64,000 nt of DNA from Candidatus Poribacteria bacterium (GTDB taxonomy: Bacteria; Poribacteria; WGA-4E; WGA-3G): positions 544,001-608,000 of the forward strand of contig OZ219750.1 in the NCBI GenBank assembly GCA_964291315.2, given 5' to 3'. The notes under the pieces are model-generated. The model did not search any database and had not been told where the DNA came from. It saw nothing but the letters and a program-made list of their open reading frames with translations. Positions 47,657 to 57,652 of this stretch are shown here, piece after piece; within the stretch, counting starts at the first letter, position 1; every line of letters begins with the position of its first letter. The position numbers and the translations under genes were made by a program.

Positions 47657-48676
47657 CTATGCTGTGCCGAGGTACCGATCTCGGCCTTGCACTAGAGCTT
47701 CTATTTTCCTGTCCACTACAGAGCGTTGGAGCATCCAAAAGCCGCAGTCCGGATGCACCCAACCAATCCGTCCTCCTCCCAACTTCTGTTCTGCTTTTTC
47801 TATGCTGACTGCTACATCATCAGGTGTCTCAATTGGATTAACTTTTACGTCAATCACCCCAATACCAAGAACGATGTCTGACGAGACTGCTTTGAGTGCT
47901 TCTAAGTCTGCCTCGGGACGGTGTTTGATCTCTAAAACAAGGTGGTTACATCGAAGCATGTTTAAGAAGTCTATGAGAGCAGCCCAGTTCCCTTTCTGGA
48001 TGACCTGTCCTCCGTAGTTGCCGAAGCAAAAATGAACTGCCTTTTCCCCGTTAAACGCGTCTAAGACAATATTAATCGCCTCAGCGGCGCGAGGTCCGTC
48101 TTCTGGGTTCCCCGGTATATTTGCTTCGTCTATTTGAAGGCACACACAGTCCAGCTCGCGCACTTGTGCAGCTAATGCTTGTGCCAAGTCCGTTAGCAGT
48201 GCATCAAAGTTGCCGTAATGCTTATCTAGTAGTGTCCGAGCAAGCATGTAGGGACTTGTTACTGTAAATTTGATATCTTTACCGGCAACACTTACAGCTC
48301 GCTCACAGTCAGAAACAAGGTTTAATGTACCTTCGCCTAACGCACCTTCAACGATGCCTGCGGGCTTTGCACGAAACGACATCGTTTGCATCTGTCTGAA
48401 TTCATACCATTCTTGTCGTCCGACTTCTGTTCTAACACCAGAAAGTGGTCGAATGAAATAGTCGATCATTCCGTTGGTGTTTGGATGGTTGGCATCAAAC
48501 CGATAGAGTTCGCCGTCGGTCGGTAGTTCAATGCCGTGTTGTCGTTGCGTATCTACAACAACTCGGGTGGCATCAAGAAGGGTTTGCTCCGTTGGTATTG
48601 ATGAGAGCCACATTGGCACCGGATAGGAGCCGACAGTTGTTGTCAAAATTTCTGGTTTTTTGGATATATTTTTCAC
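47657..48676 (-). CDS. Cobalamin-independent methionine synthase II family (catalytic domain only)
   Basis: TTVGSYP, TDGE..R, QIDE, HFCFGN, E, PDCG zinc ligands. Confidence 0.85.
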   Translation of the reverse strand: MKNISKKPEILTTTVGSYPVPMWLSSIPTEQTLLDATRVVVDTQRQHGIELPTDGELYRFDANHPNTNGMIDYFIRPLSGVRTEVGRQEWYEFRQMQTMSFRAKPAGIVEGALGEGTLNLVSDCERAVSVAGKDIKFTVTSPYMLARTLLDKHYGNFDALLTDLAQALAAQVRELDCVCLQIDEANIPGNPEDGPRAAEAINIVLDAFNGEKAVHFCFGNYGGQVIQKGNWAALIDFLNMLRCNHLVLEIKHRPEADLEALKAVSSDIVLGIGVIDVKVNPIETPDDVAVSIEKAEQKLGGGRIGWVHPDCGFWMLQRSVVDRKIEALVQGRDRYLGTA

Positions 48677-48684
48677 GGATTAAC

Positions 48685-49695
48685 TTAGTTGTCCACCAGC
48701 TCAAAAGATTCGAGTTCAAAAACAGTTTCTACTGTGACATCGTCTCGCGTCTGTGCCTGTGTAAATCTAATGATACCGACATCTGGCGCGACCCATTTTT
48801 TCACGACGGTAATATCAAGCGGGAAATTTTGGTTTTCTATATCAAATCCCCATCTAAAAGACTCTTGAATTTGAAAGACATGATCAAAAGTTCCGGCGGG
48901 GACAGTCGCTGTCTCTTCTGAAAGCACTTCAAATTCGTCAATACCTTCACCAATCGGAAAGAGTTCCGGGACTAATTGTGCCTGAAATTTGACTTGCCAT
49001 TTATCACCTGGAATGAGTGGAAATTGATAAAGTGGAAGGAACGGGACGAATAGGATTGTATCACTCGTTCCTGATGTGGTATTCTGTGCGTGTTGTAAGA
49101 TCTGTGAGATCTCACCGTTTTCATCAACCTTCGTACCGAGGTAAGAGTAGTTTACAACGTTTTCTAATCCTTCAGCCTTACTAGATTTCTGAAGGACGAA
49201 ACTGTCAATAGTGTTTCCGCTCGCGCGTTGAATCTGGATGGTGTCCACGATTTCAAACGTAATTTCATTACCACTTGCGTCTTTATAGTGCCAAACATTT
49301 CCGACTGCCAAGGGATAATAGTCTCCAGGGCGTGTTCTCCACACTTGGATATCAAGTGTACTCTTTGTAGTGTTTTCACCATCTGTGACTGTAACTGCAA
49401 TCTGGTATTTTCGTTCGGTTTGTGGTGCCTGCCAGAGGGCACCAGAGGCGTTTTCCGTTAATTCTCCGTCTGTGGTAGACCAAGTATATGATAAAGTATC
49501 ATTCTCAAGATCAGCGGCTTTCAGATGGATTTGCACTTCTGTTCCAGGTGCAACGACATCTGCTTCAGATTCAAATGTTAAAATGCTCGGTGCGCGGTTG
49601 CTGTCACTCGGGGTCCCTTCACCGCAGCCCGCGACGACACTAATGAGCAAAACCCAAAGGATTTTCCAAGCGTTGGTTGCTTTTTTGCTCAGCAT
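48685..49695 (-). CDS. Lipoprotein with Ig/PKD-like domain and beta-rich C-terminal domain
   Basis: Lipobox VAGC; D.END.LSY.W..G; YYPLAVGN.W.Y; TVPAGTF; W.APDVG. Confidence 0.75.
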   Translation of the reverse strand: MLSKKATNAWKILWVLLISVVAGCGEGTPSDSNRAPSILTFESEADVVAPGTEVQIHLKAADLENDTLSYTWSTTDGELTENASGALWQAPQTERKYQIAVTVTDGENTTKSTLDIQVWRTRPGDYYPLAVGNVWHYKDASGNEITFEIVDTIQIQRASGNTIDSFVLQKSSKAEGLENVVNYSYLGTKVDENGEISQILQHAQNTTSGTSDTILFVPFLPLYQFPLIPGDKWQVKFQAQLVPELFPIGEGIDEFEVLSEETATVPAGTFDHVFQIQESFRWGFDIENQNFPLDITVVKKWVAPDVGIIRFTQAQTRDDVTVETVFELESFELVDN

Positions 49696-49796
49696 TGTAT
49701 TTCACCCCATATATGCGCCTTTGCCACACAATACCCATAAGCTCCGGTGCTAGGTTCGCTGGGAAGTATCTTGGTCAGGCAAGATACTCGCTTTTC

Positions 49797-50540
49797 TCAT
49801 GAGCGCAAAGGTTTTCCACGTAAGACTTCTCTGCATTGGGTTTCACCGTTTCCTGTTATATTGTAAGCAAAAGTGTTCATCAATCGATCGTTTTCTGAGT
49901 TGTTTGGGGCAGAACCGTGGATAATGAGGGCATTAAAAAACACACCATCCCCTGGTTCCATTTCCACAGCAACGGCATCTTCACGTTCTTGGTAGTGCCC
50001 GGGTAAAAATACCCCAAATGTTTGCTGTTTCTGTTCATGCTCTTGTAGCCCCCAATTATGGCTTCCAGGCACGAACTGTATACACCCGTTCTCAAGATTC
50101 GCTTTGCTTATGGCTAATTGACAGTTGATCATCACCGGTTTGTTATTATCATTTTTCCAGTACGCGTAATCCTGATGCCATGGAATAGCGGTACCATCGC
50201 CGCCTGCTTTTGGCAGCAATTTGCTGTGATAGAGTGAAATGTTTCCGCCCATTAATGCTTCTAATATATTCAAAACTTCATTAGATCGGAGCAGACGATT
50301 GAGTGTTCGACTCACTAGTTCACTATGCATTAACTGCTTGATACGCGGTGGGTGATTCTCTGAGTCGTTGTAGACTTCCCAAGAAATTCCAACCCCCTCT
50401 GCAGGGTGTTCAGCCATACGATTGTGTATATCTTCAATCTCGACCCGGATTCGCGAGAGGTCTTCTGAAGAAACAAGTCTTTTTTTTAAGAAATAACCGT
50501 TTGTTTCATAGAATTTCAATTCTTGATGCGTAAGTCCCAT
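49797..50540 (-). CDS. Phytanoyl-CoA dioxygenase (PhyH) family
   Basis: PWHQDYAYW, NGC..FVPGSH, IHGSAPN.S..R. Confidence 0.88.
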   Translation of the reverse strand: MGLTHQELKFYETNGYFLKKRLVSSEDLSRIRVEIEDIHNRMAEHPAEGVGISWEVYNDSENHPPRIKQLMHSELVSRTLNRLLRSNEVLNILEALMGGNISLYHSKLLPKAGGDGTAIPWHQDYAYWKNDNNKPVMINCQLAISKANLENGCIQFVPGSHNWGLQEHEQKQQTFGVFLPGHYQEREDAVAVEMEPGDGVFFNALIIHGSAPNNSENDRLMNTFAYNITGNGETQCREVLRGKPLRS

Positions 50541-50886
50541 ACAATTTCTCCTTATCCTATTGAGTGGAACATCGGTCGCATTTCTAGTTGTACACTTGAT
50601 TCGTAAAGTGCTACCGACTCCTCCTCAAAGATTATACAATTTTAAAGTATACATCAAACCTTCAGAAAAATCAAAGTATTTTCGAGTAAACTGTGTCTTT
50701 AACCACATCATCTCGAAAAATGGTTTACTTTCTTTCTAACTCCTGCTAAAATAGGAATAGGTTGGATTTGTGTTCTTTTAGTTGATTTCTAGGTGTAAGC
50801 ATCTGCTTGCCCCTGTTTCGAGTGCCGTTTTGCGCCACGTTCCAAGTTCTTCTGAGTGAATGCTGGGAAAGGGAGTTAAAATTGCT

Positions 50887-51231
50887 ATGAACTATACACT
50901 TGAAAATTGCCAAAAACTTGTAGATGACTGGATACATACTTTTGGAGTCCGCTATTTTTCAGAGTTAACCAATACCGCTATCCTCATGGAAGAAGTAGGA
51001 GAATTGGCACGGATTATGGCGCGTCAATACGGTGAACAGAGTTTCAAAAAGAACGAGAAAGACTTGGATCTCGGTGAAGAGATGGCGGATATTCTTTTTG
51101 TACTGATTTGTCTTGCAAATCAAGCAGGCGTTGAACTTGAGGTGGCATTCAAAAAGTCTATGGAAAAGAAGACACGCCGCGATAAAGAACGACACAACGA
51201 AAACTCCAAACTATTGGAAAAAACAGTGTAG
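50887..51231 (+). CDS. MazG-like nucleotide pyrophosphohydrolase (YpjD-like)
   Basis: YFSELTN..LMEEVGELAR..YGEQSFK; EEMADILFVLICLAN. Confidence 0.88.
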   Translation: MNYTLENCQKLVDDWIHTFGVRYFSELTNTAILMEEVGELARIMARQYGEQSFKKNEKDLDLGEEMADILFVLICLANQAGVELEVAFKKSMEKKTRRDKERHNENSKLLEKTV

Positions 51232-51259
51232 TCTCATGGCCTGCTCAAGGAGATCGACA

Positions 51260-54055
51260 ATGACGCTCCCTAAAAACCATATGTTTTTCTTGTTCAGTTT
51301 GTTTTTTCTCGTTAGTGGGTGCACACTTTTCCCCAAAAAAACGTCTACTTCGGTGGTAGTTGACCCGCTTGTTGAGCGAAACCGCCAGTGGCGCGAATAC
51401 GTTGAAGCTGGCAATGATAAATTGAAACAAGGAAATCTCCAAGACGCTCTTACTGCTTATGCGCATGCTGTCGCAATTCGTCCGGACTCTAGTGACGTAC
51501 ATTACAAGATTGCAGAGATATATTTTCAACTTGAAGAGTACGAAAACGCAAGGGACGCTTTTCTTGCTTTTCTGACGCTGAAACCGAATAATGTCACAGC
51601 TCTGAATTACGTCGGGTACATTTCTGAGAAACTGAGTAACTATGCTGCTGCTGCCGAATACTACGAACGGGTTTTGGAAATTTCGGCTGATAACCTATAT
51701 GCCTTGAATCATCTCGGTTTATCTTATAAACAGCTAAAGCGTTTCGATGAAGGTGTAGCGGTGCTTCACAGAGCGTTGTCGATAGATCCGAGATGTGAAC
51801 GGCCCGAATGCAGAAATTTGCATAACTACTTGGGGCTAATTTATCTCGGACAGGATAAAATTGGTGAGGCTATCGCAGAATTCCGGGAGTCAATTCGGTT
51901 ATTTCCGACAGATACGTGGGCAAGACAACAATTGGCAGCGATTTATGAGAATCACCAGCGTTACTTTGAAGCTCAGCTGCAATACCAGCAGCTTTTGAAG
52001 ATTGAACCAGACAACCTACTTGCCCTCACACGACTTCAAGCACTTTCCGAACTGAATATCAACCCAGTGCAGCTCCTAGATGTGCTTCCTGTTACACTTC
52101 TGCATCCGGATGTTGAGTCCATTGTTGCAAATGCTCCGGACGCGAGTGATTATCCGAACTCCGATACTCTCGTTTTGTTCAACCATTTCAGCCATGATGT
52201 TTTACCGACAGGACAATCGCGTTATACAACGCATCAGGTCGTTAAAATTCTTACTGAAAGGGGCATCCAAAGATATGGAGATATTGCTATTCCTTACCAA
52301 CCTGCATCGCAAAATATTGGGGTTAATATAGCAAGAACAATCATAGCAGATGGCACAGTTCTTCAACCGCCTAGCGAAGCTTATAATGATGTAACCCCTC
52401 CCGGGTTATTGGCCTATAATCTCTATTCAGACACGATGTGGAAGGTAATCTCTATGGTTGGTCTCGCCCCGGGGGTTTGTATTGAGTATAAAGTAACGCT
52501 TGAGGATAAAGTCGCTGGTGGTAAAACGTGGATTACAGGAGGTTATAATTTTCAGTCGACAGAGGCGACCCTTGAAACGAGTTACGCCCTTCAGATACCG
52601 AGAAAATGGCCTCTTCAGTGGCAGATTGCTAACATCCCGTTGCAAAACTCTTTAAAGCCGCAGGTTTCCTATACGGAGAATGATACCGTCATCTATGTTT
52701 GGAAATATGGCGAAACTCCTGCGCTGGAACTAGAGGAAGGGATGCCGCATGTTAACAACGTTGTGCCACGCTTGCGTTATACTTCTATTACCGATTGGAG
52801 TGATATCTATAGGTGGTATAAGGAACTCGCGAAAGATAGGTATACACCAAATGCTGATATTGAGGAAAAAGTCCGGCAATTAATAAGAGATCTAGAAACG
52901 AATGAAGCAAAGATACGCGCTATCTACCATTTCGTTGCCTCAAACATCCGTTATGTTGGCATTGAGCTTGGACAAGGTGCTTATCAACCGTCGCGTGCCG
53001 CCGAAGTTTTTCAGATGCAGTATGGGGACTGCAAAGACAAAACAACGCTCCTAATTTCCATGCTTGATTTAGCGGGTATCAAAGCTTATCCTTGTTTGAT
53101 CAGCATTGCACCACACGAACAAGTTGATGCGACCCTGCCACTTCTCAACCAGTTTAACCATATGATTGCTGCGGTACCTACCGGGATAGATACCTATATC
53201 TGGCTGGATGCAACGGCGACTTGTGATTATGGAGAGCTGCCGTATAGTATCCAGGGACGCACCGGTTTCCTCATCTCTGATACACACGGCGTGTTCGTGG
53301 AGACACCTATTTTCCCGCCAGAATCCAATCGGCTTGTGAGTACAACGCAATTGGCTGTAAACAGTAAAGGGGATGTGCAAGGCACCATTCATATTCGGAC
53401 AAGTGGACAATACAGTCTAAATACTCGGTGGACCTATCAACAGATTCATCCGAGAACATTGAGAAAGACCTTAGCGAGTGAGCTCAGCCAGCAATTTCCG
53501 GGGATCCGGATAGAGTGGTGCAATATGTCCGACCTCAGTGATCTCACTGTGCCGGTGGAGATAGGTCTCGGTTTTCGAGCTGAGAATCATGCAAAAGTTC
53601 TTGGGAGCAGCATACTATTCCCTTTACCCATTGATGAATTCGCTGCATATGCTGAAACTTTTGCTAATGAACAACGCACCTATTCACTGGATTTCGGGTA
53701 TCCAATGCAAATTGAAAAAATAATTCATATCCAAATTCCTGATGGATGGACGGCTGTTTTGCGAGAGGACATCCATCACGCAATAGAGATAGCAGAACTG
53801 AGTCGGCAGTACAGACAAGTTGAAAATGTCATCACATATAGACTTGTGTTTGCCCTTAAAAGTCGAACGCTTCCAGCGGACGCGTATACGGCGGCAAAAT
53901 CGCTTTTTGTGTCGCTTGTGAGTGAAGATGGAAGTTGGTTATTACTAAATAGGGATCAGCAGAGGGAAATATTAGAAGATCGAAAGGTTGGAAGGGCGTG
54001 TACCCAAAATTCCGATGTTCCATCTTTCCATCTAAATTCCGAAAGTTTCCGATAG
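51260..54055 (+). CDS. Lipoprotein with TPR repeats and DUF3857/transglutaminase-like domains
   Basis: AAGGAG RBS; lipobox VSGC; TPR array; IRYVGIE, YGDCKDK, FNH, WLD triad. Confidence 0.85.
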   Translation: MTLPKNHMFFLFSLFFLVSGCTLFPKKTSTSVVVDPLVERNRQWREYVEAGNDKLKQGNLQDALTAYAHAVAIRPDSSDVHYKIAEIYFQLEEYENARDAFLAFLTLKPNNVTALNYVGYISEKLSNYAAAAEYYERVLEISADNLYALNHLGLSYKQLKRFDEGVAVLHRALSIDPRCERPECRNLHNYLGLIYLGQDKIGEAIAEFRESIRLFPTDTWARQQLAAIYENHQRYFEAQLQYQQLLKIEPDNLLALTRLQALSELNINPVQLLDVLPVTLLHPDVESIVANAPDASDYPNSDTLVLFNHFSHDVLPTGQSRYTTHQVVKILTERGIQRYGDIAIPYQPASQNIGVNIARTIIADGTVLQPPSEAYNDVTPPGLLAYNLYSDTMWKVISMVGLAPGVCIEYKVTLEDKVAGGKTWITGGYNFQSTEATLETSYALQIPRKWPLQWQIANIPLQNSLKPQVSYTENDTVIYVWKYGETPALELEEGMPHVNNVVPRLRYTSITDWSDIYRWYKELAKDRYTPNADIEEKVRQLIRDLETNEAKIRAIYHFVASNIRYVGIELGQGAYQPSRAAEVFQMQYGDCKDKTTLLISMLDLAGIKAYPCLISIAPHEQVDATLPLLNQFNHMIAAVPTGIDTYIWLDATATCDYGELPYSIQGRTGFLISDTHGVFVETPIFPPESNRLVSTTQLAVNSKGDVQGTIHIRTSGQYSLNTRWTYQQIHPRTLRKTLASELSQQFPGIRIEWCNMSDLSDLTVPVEIGLGFRAENHAKVLGSSILFPLPIDEFAAYAETFANEQRTYSLDFGYPMQIEKIIHIQIPDGWTAVLREDIHHAIEIAELSRQYRQVENVITYRLVFALKSRTLPADAYTAAKSLFVSLVSEDGSWLLLNRDQQREILEDRKVGRACTQNSDVPSFHLNSESFR

Positions 54056-54063
54056 TCCTAGGG

Positions 54064-54666
54064 TTAGTTTTTCACGTATTTCCATCCGTCGATCAAGACA
54101 GGCAATCCGCGAATGAGACACATTGTGACAGTTACAACAGATAAAATTACACCTGCCAATTTTAGACTGACAATCAATTCAGGATAGACACCGGAATTTT
54201 TGAGGGCTGTGACACCGCCGAGATAGAGAAAAGTAATTGTTTTCGCAATACCATAAATGCTACGGCTCGCTCGCGAACTCGTGAGGGCTTGTGTCCACCT
54301 TGAGGACATCATTGTGTTTTCACCAAATGCGGTTTTCCCTTGTGCAAATGCAGCACTCCGCAAACCGTCTGTAAAGAAACCACGGGCGATTACGATAATT
54401 GGAATCCAGATTGGAATCAAACCCACAACGGCGAAGTAAACCCAGAAGATACATTCAACAATACGGTCACCCACTATATCGAACAGTGCTCCAAAATCCG
54501 AGGTCTGATTCAATTTTCGGGCAACATGACCGTCAACTGCATCGAGAAATAAAATCAATCCAATCACGGCAACAAGCAGCATGTCTAAATAGACATGTTG
54601 TCCGAAGAGTGAAATCACGACGAATACCAAGATTAATCGGAAAAGCGTAATCAGATTTGCAATCAT
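54064..54666 (-). CDS. CDP-alcohol phosphatidyltransferase (PgsA-like)
   Basis: ANLITLFR; DAVDGHVARK...FGALFD..GDR. Confidence 0.88.
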   Translation of the reverse strand: MIANLITLFRLILVFVVISLFGQHVYLDMLLVAVIGLILFLDAVDGHVARKLNQTSDFGALFDIVGDRIVECIFWVYFAVVGLIPIWIPIIVIARGFFTDGLRSAAFAQGKTAFGENTMMSSRWTQALTSSRASRSIYGIAKTITFLYLGGVTALKNSGVYPELIVSLKLAGVILSVVTVTMCLIRGLPVLIDGWKYVKN

Positions 54667-54814
54667 TTTTCTTCTCCTTTGTTGAGTGAGGGCTCCTGGG
54701 CCTCAGTTCTATTTGGGTTTAGTGTTTTCCTTGATTTGCCTTTGTTTTTTAAGTGTAACGTAACTATATTATTAAACGCAATGCTAATTCCACGAATGAA
54801 AGGAGACCTATTCT

Positions 54815-56410
54815 ATGAACAAAAATAGAAACCCTAACATTGTTCTTATTCTAAACGATGATATGGGTTTTTCTGACTTAAGCTGCTATGGTGGCGAAGT
54901 CTATACGCCGAACCTTGACCGGCTTGCCGCTGGTGGATTACGGTTTACGCAGTTTTACAATACCGCTCGGTGCTGTCCATCCCGTGCGTCTATGCTGACG
55001 GGGCTGCACCCGCACCAGACCGGAGTCGGACACATGATGAGCGACGACGGACTTGAGGGCTATCGGGGCGATCTCAATGATAGATGTATCACTATTGCCG
55101 ATGCGGTCCGTTCGGAAGGTTACTGCACATATATGAGCGGGAAATGGCATATCTCTCGGCATATTGGCGGAGACGGTCCCAAGCATAGTTGGCCCTGTCA
55201 ATGCGGCTTTGACGAGTATTACGGGATTATCACGGGTGCAGCCAATTTCTGGAAGCCGAACACCCTTACCCGTAATAATACTTGTATCCAGCATAATGAA
55301 CTTCCTGATGACTATTTTCTCACAGATGCTATTAGCAATGAAGCAGCAGCGTTTATCCAGAATCATACAGAAAAAACACCAGAGCGCCCATTCTTCACCT
55401 ATGTTGCTTACACAGCACCACACTGGCCCCTTCATGCCCACGAAGAAGATATCGTACGCTATAATGGACGTTTCGCTGCCGGGTGGGACAAGCTGCGGGA
55501 AGAACGGCTCTCACGAATGCGGGCGATGAAGATTTTAGATGAGGCGTGGCAGCTCACCGCACGAGATCCTTCGCAGCCCCCTTGGAGGGAAGTGCAATAT
55601 AAAAAGTGGAATCAGCGGCGTATGGAAGTCTACGCTGCGCAAATCACCCGGATGGATGTAGGGATAGGGCGAATTATCGACACGTTAGAGAAGACTGGAC
55701 AGCTCGACAACACTCTCATCCTCTTCTTAGCTGATAACGGTGGTTGTGCCGAGGAACTCGGTGGCCCCCCGGCGCGACGCGACAGCGGTTCACTCATTAG
55801 TACTGAAACGACTTCTGATGGAAGACCTGTCTATCGTGGTAATGATCCAGATATCATGCCCGGCCCTGAAACTACCTATCAGAGCTACGGCGTTCCCTGG
55901 GCCAACCTATCCAATACGCCGTTCCGTGAATACAAGCATTGGGTTCATGAGGGTGGTATTGCTACCCCGTTGATTGTCCATTGGCCGGATGCGATAAAAA
56001 CAGTGGGGGAATTGTGCCGTCAGCCCGGACAACTTCCAGACATCATGGCGACGTGCCTTGAGGTTTCAGGGGCAACCTATCCTGAAGAACACGATGGGAA
56101 ACCGATTTTACCCTTAGAAGGAACGAGTTTAGTACCGATTTTCGCGGGGAAGAGCAACAATAAAGAGGTACTTTATTGGGAACATGAGGGCAATTGTGCA
56201 GTGCGTCAAGAGAATTGGAAACTGGTTTGCAAATTTCCGGGTGATTGGGAACTCTACGATCTAGCCGCCGAACGCACAGAGATTAATGATCTTGCCGCCA
56301 AGCATCCGCGAAAACTCAGAGAACTCGTTGGACTTTACCGAGACTGGGGTAACCGTTGTCTTATCTATCCATGGGGCAAACTTCAAGAACTCCGCAGACA
56401 GCGGCGTTAA
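54815..56410 (+). CDS. Arylsulfatase (formylglycine-dependent)
   Basis: PNIV.IL.DD.G, CCPSRASMLTG, GKWH, APH.P, DNG. Confidence 0.92.
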   Translation: MNKNRNPNIVLILNDDMGFSDLSCYGGEVYTPNLDRLAAGGLRFTQFYNTARCCPSRASMLTGLHPHQTGVGHMMSDDGLEGYRGDLNDRCITIADAVRSEGYCTYMSGKWHISRHIGGDGPKHSWPCQCGFDEYYGIITGAANFWKPNTLTRNNTCIQHNELPDDYFLTDAISNEAAAFIQNHTEKTPERPFFTYVAYTAPHWPLHAHEEDIVRYNGRFAAGWDKLREERLSRMRAMKILDEAWQLTARDPSQPPWREVQYKKWNQRRMEVYAAQITRMDVGIGRIIDTLEKTGQLDNTLILFLADNGGCAEELGGPPARRDSGSLISTETTSDGRPVYRGNDPDIMPGPETTYQSYGVPWANLSNTPFREYKHWVHEGGIATPLIVHWPDAIKTVGELCRQPGQLPDIMATCLEVSGATYPEEHDGKPILPLEGTSLVPIFAGKSNNKEVLYWEHEGNCAVRQENWKLVCKFPGDWELYDLAAERTEINDLAAKHPRKLRELVGLYRDWGNRCLIYPWGKLQELRRQRR

Positions 56411-56546
56411 TACTTGCTGGGCCGCTTCGCTTTCAGATCGTTCCGCTTCGGTTATCAGTGCCAGGTTAGTGGCAGTAGGAAGATTCGCCTTATAGACTGA
56501 TTGCTCAAAGGTGGCGTAGTAACTTGCTCGGACTATCGGCAACTAT

Positions 56547-57641
56547 TTAAATACACGGAAGCATTTTCAAACAGACAGGGGTTGGTACTTCTGTTACGTG
56601 GCCTGTTGCAGTTAATTCCCCGGTTTCTTGGTTGACGGCAAACGTCACAACAGTATCTGTCTGTTGATTCGCTGCAAAGAGGAATGTGCCTTCCGGATTC
56701 ACAGCGAAGTTTCGCGGAGTTCTTCCTTGAGTGGATTCATAACCGATAGGACTCAGCTCCCCCGTTTCTGCATCAATCGCGCAGATAGCGATACTATCGT
56801 GTCCACGGTTGGATCCATACAAGAATTTCCCGGAAGGGTGGACGTGAATATCGGCGCAGTGGCTTCTGCCGTCGAAATCATCGGGAAGCGTGGAAACTGT
56901 CTGAAATTCTGTAAGTGTTCCCGCGTTCGCGTCATACCGGAAAGCAGTGAAAGTTGAATCCAATTCGTTAATCACGTATGCATATTCCTGATTGGGATGA
57001 AAGTCAAAGTGGCGGGGGCCAGCACCTGGATGCACGCGAGCCCACGGCTGTGTATTGGGCGTAAGTTTGCCATTTTCTGCGTCTAACTGATAAATAAGAA
57101 TTTTATCAATCCCAAGGTCGGGCGAGAATGCGTAACAGCTGCTGGCATCGATCATGATTGAGTGAGCGTGTGGTTCCATCTGCCGGTCTAGATTGACACT
57201 CGATCCTTCATGCTGGACAAAATCAGAGGCTTCGCCGAGCCGCCCGTCTGATTCTATTGGGAAAGCTGCAACACTCCCACCTCCGTAATTCGCCACGAGC
57301 AGACATTTACCGGTAGCGTCCGCGCTCAGATGACAGGGGGCCCCCCCACTGGTCGAGCGTTGGTTGAGGTAACTAATCTCCCCTGTTTCTCGATGAATGT
57401 AGAATGCTGTGACGGCACCACTATTTTTGCCCTCAAACTCGTTGAGTTCGTTGACTGCAAAAAGATACTGCCCGCTCGGATGTATCTCCAAAAATGATGG
57501 ATTCTCAACGCCTGTTATTTTGCTGCTGTATTCTAAGGCGCCGGTCGCGCCATCTAAGCGGTAGACGTAAATTCCCTCGCTGTCTCCGTGCGTATAGGTA
57601 CCGACATAAACAAAATAGTCTTGGTGGTTCTGATTTGCCAT
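56547..57641 (-). CDS. pgl: 6-phosphogluconolactonase (beta-propeller lactonase)
   Basis: YVGTYT, NPSFL, ANY.GG, PHAH, GAGPRH, SNRGHDSI, PRNF. Confidence 0.85.
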   Translation of the reverse strand: MANQNHQDYFVYVGTYTHGDSEGIYVYRLDGATGALEYSSKITGVENPSFLEIHPSGQYLFAVNELNEFEGKNSGAVTAFYIHRETGEISYLNQRSTSGGAPCHLSADATGKCLLVANYGGGSVAAFPIESDGRLGEASDFVQHEGSSVNLDRQMEPHAHSIMIDASSCYAFSPDLGIDKILIYQLDAENGKLTPNTQPWARVHPGAGPRHFDFHPNQEYAYVINELDSTFTAFRYDANAGTLTEFQTVSTLPDDFDGRSHCADIHVHPSGKFLYGSNRGHDSIAICAIDAETGELSPIGYESTQGRTPRNFAVNPEGTFLFAANQQTDTVVTFAVNQETGELTATGHVTEVPTPVCLKMLPCI

Positions 57642-57652
57642 TGATAATCTCC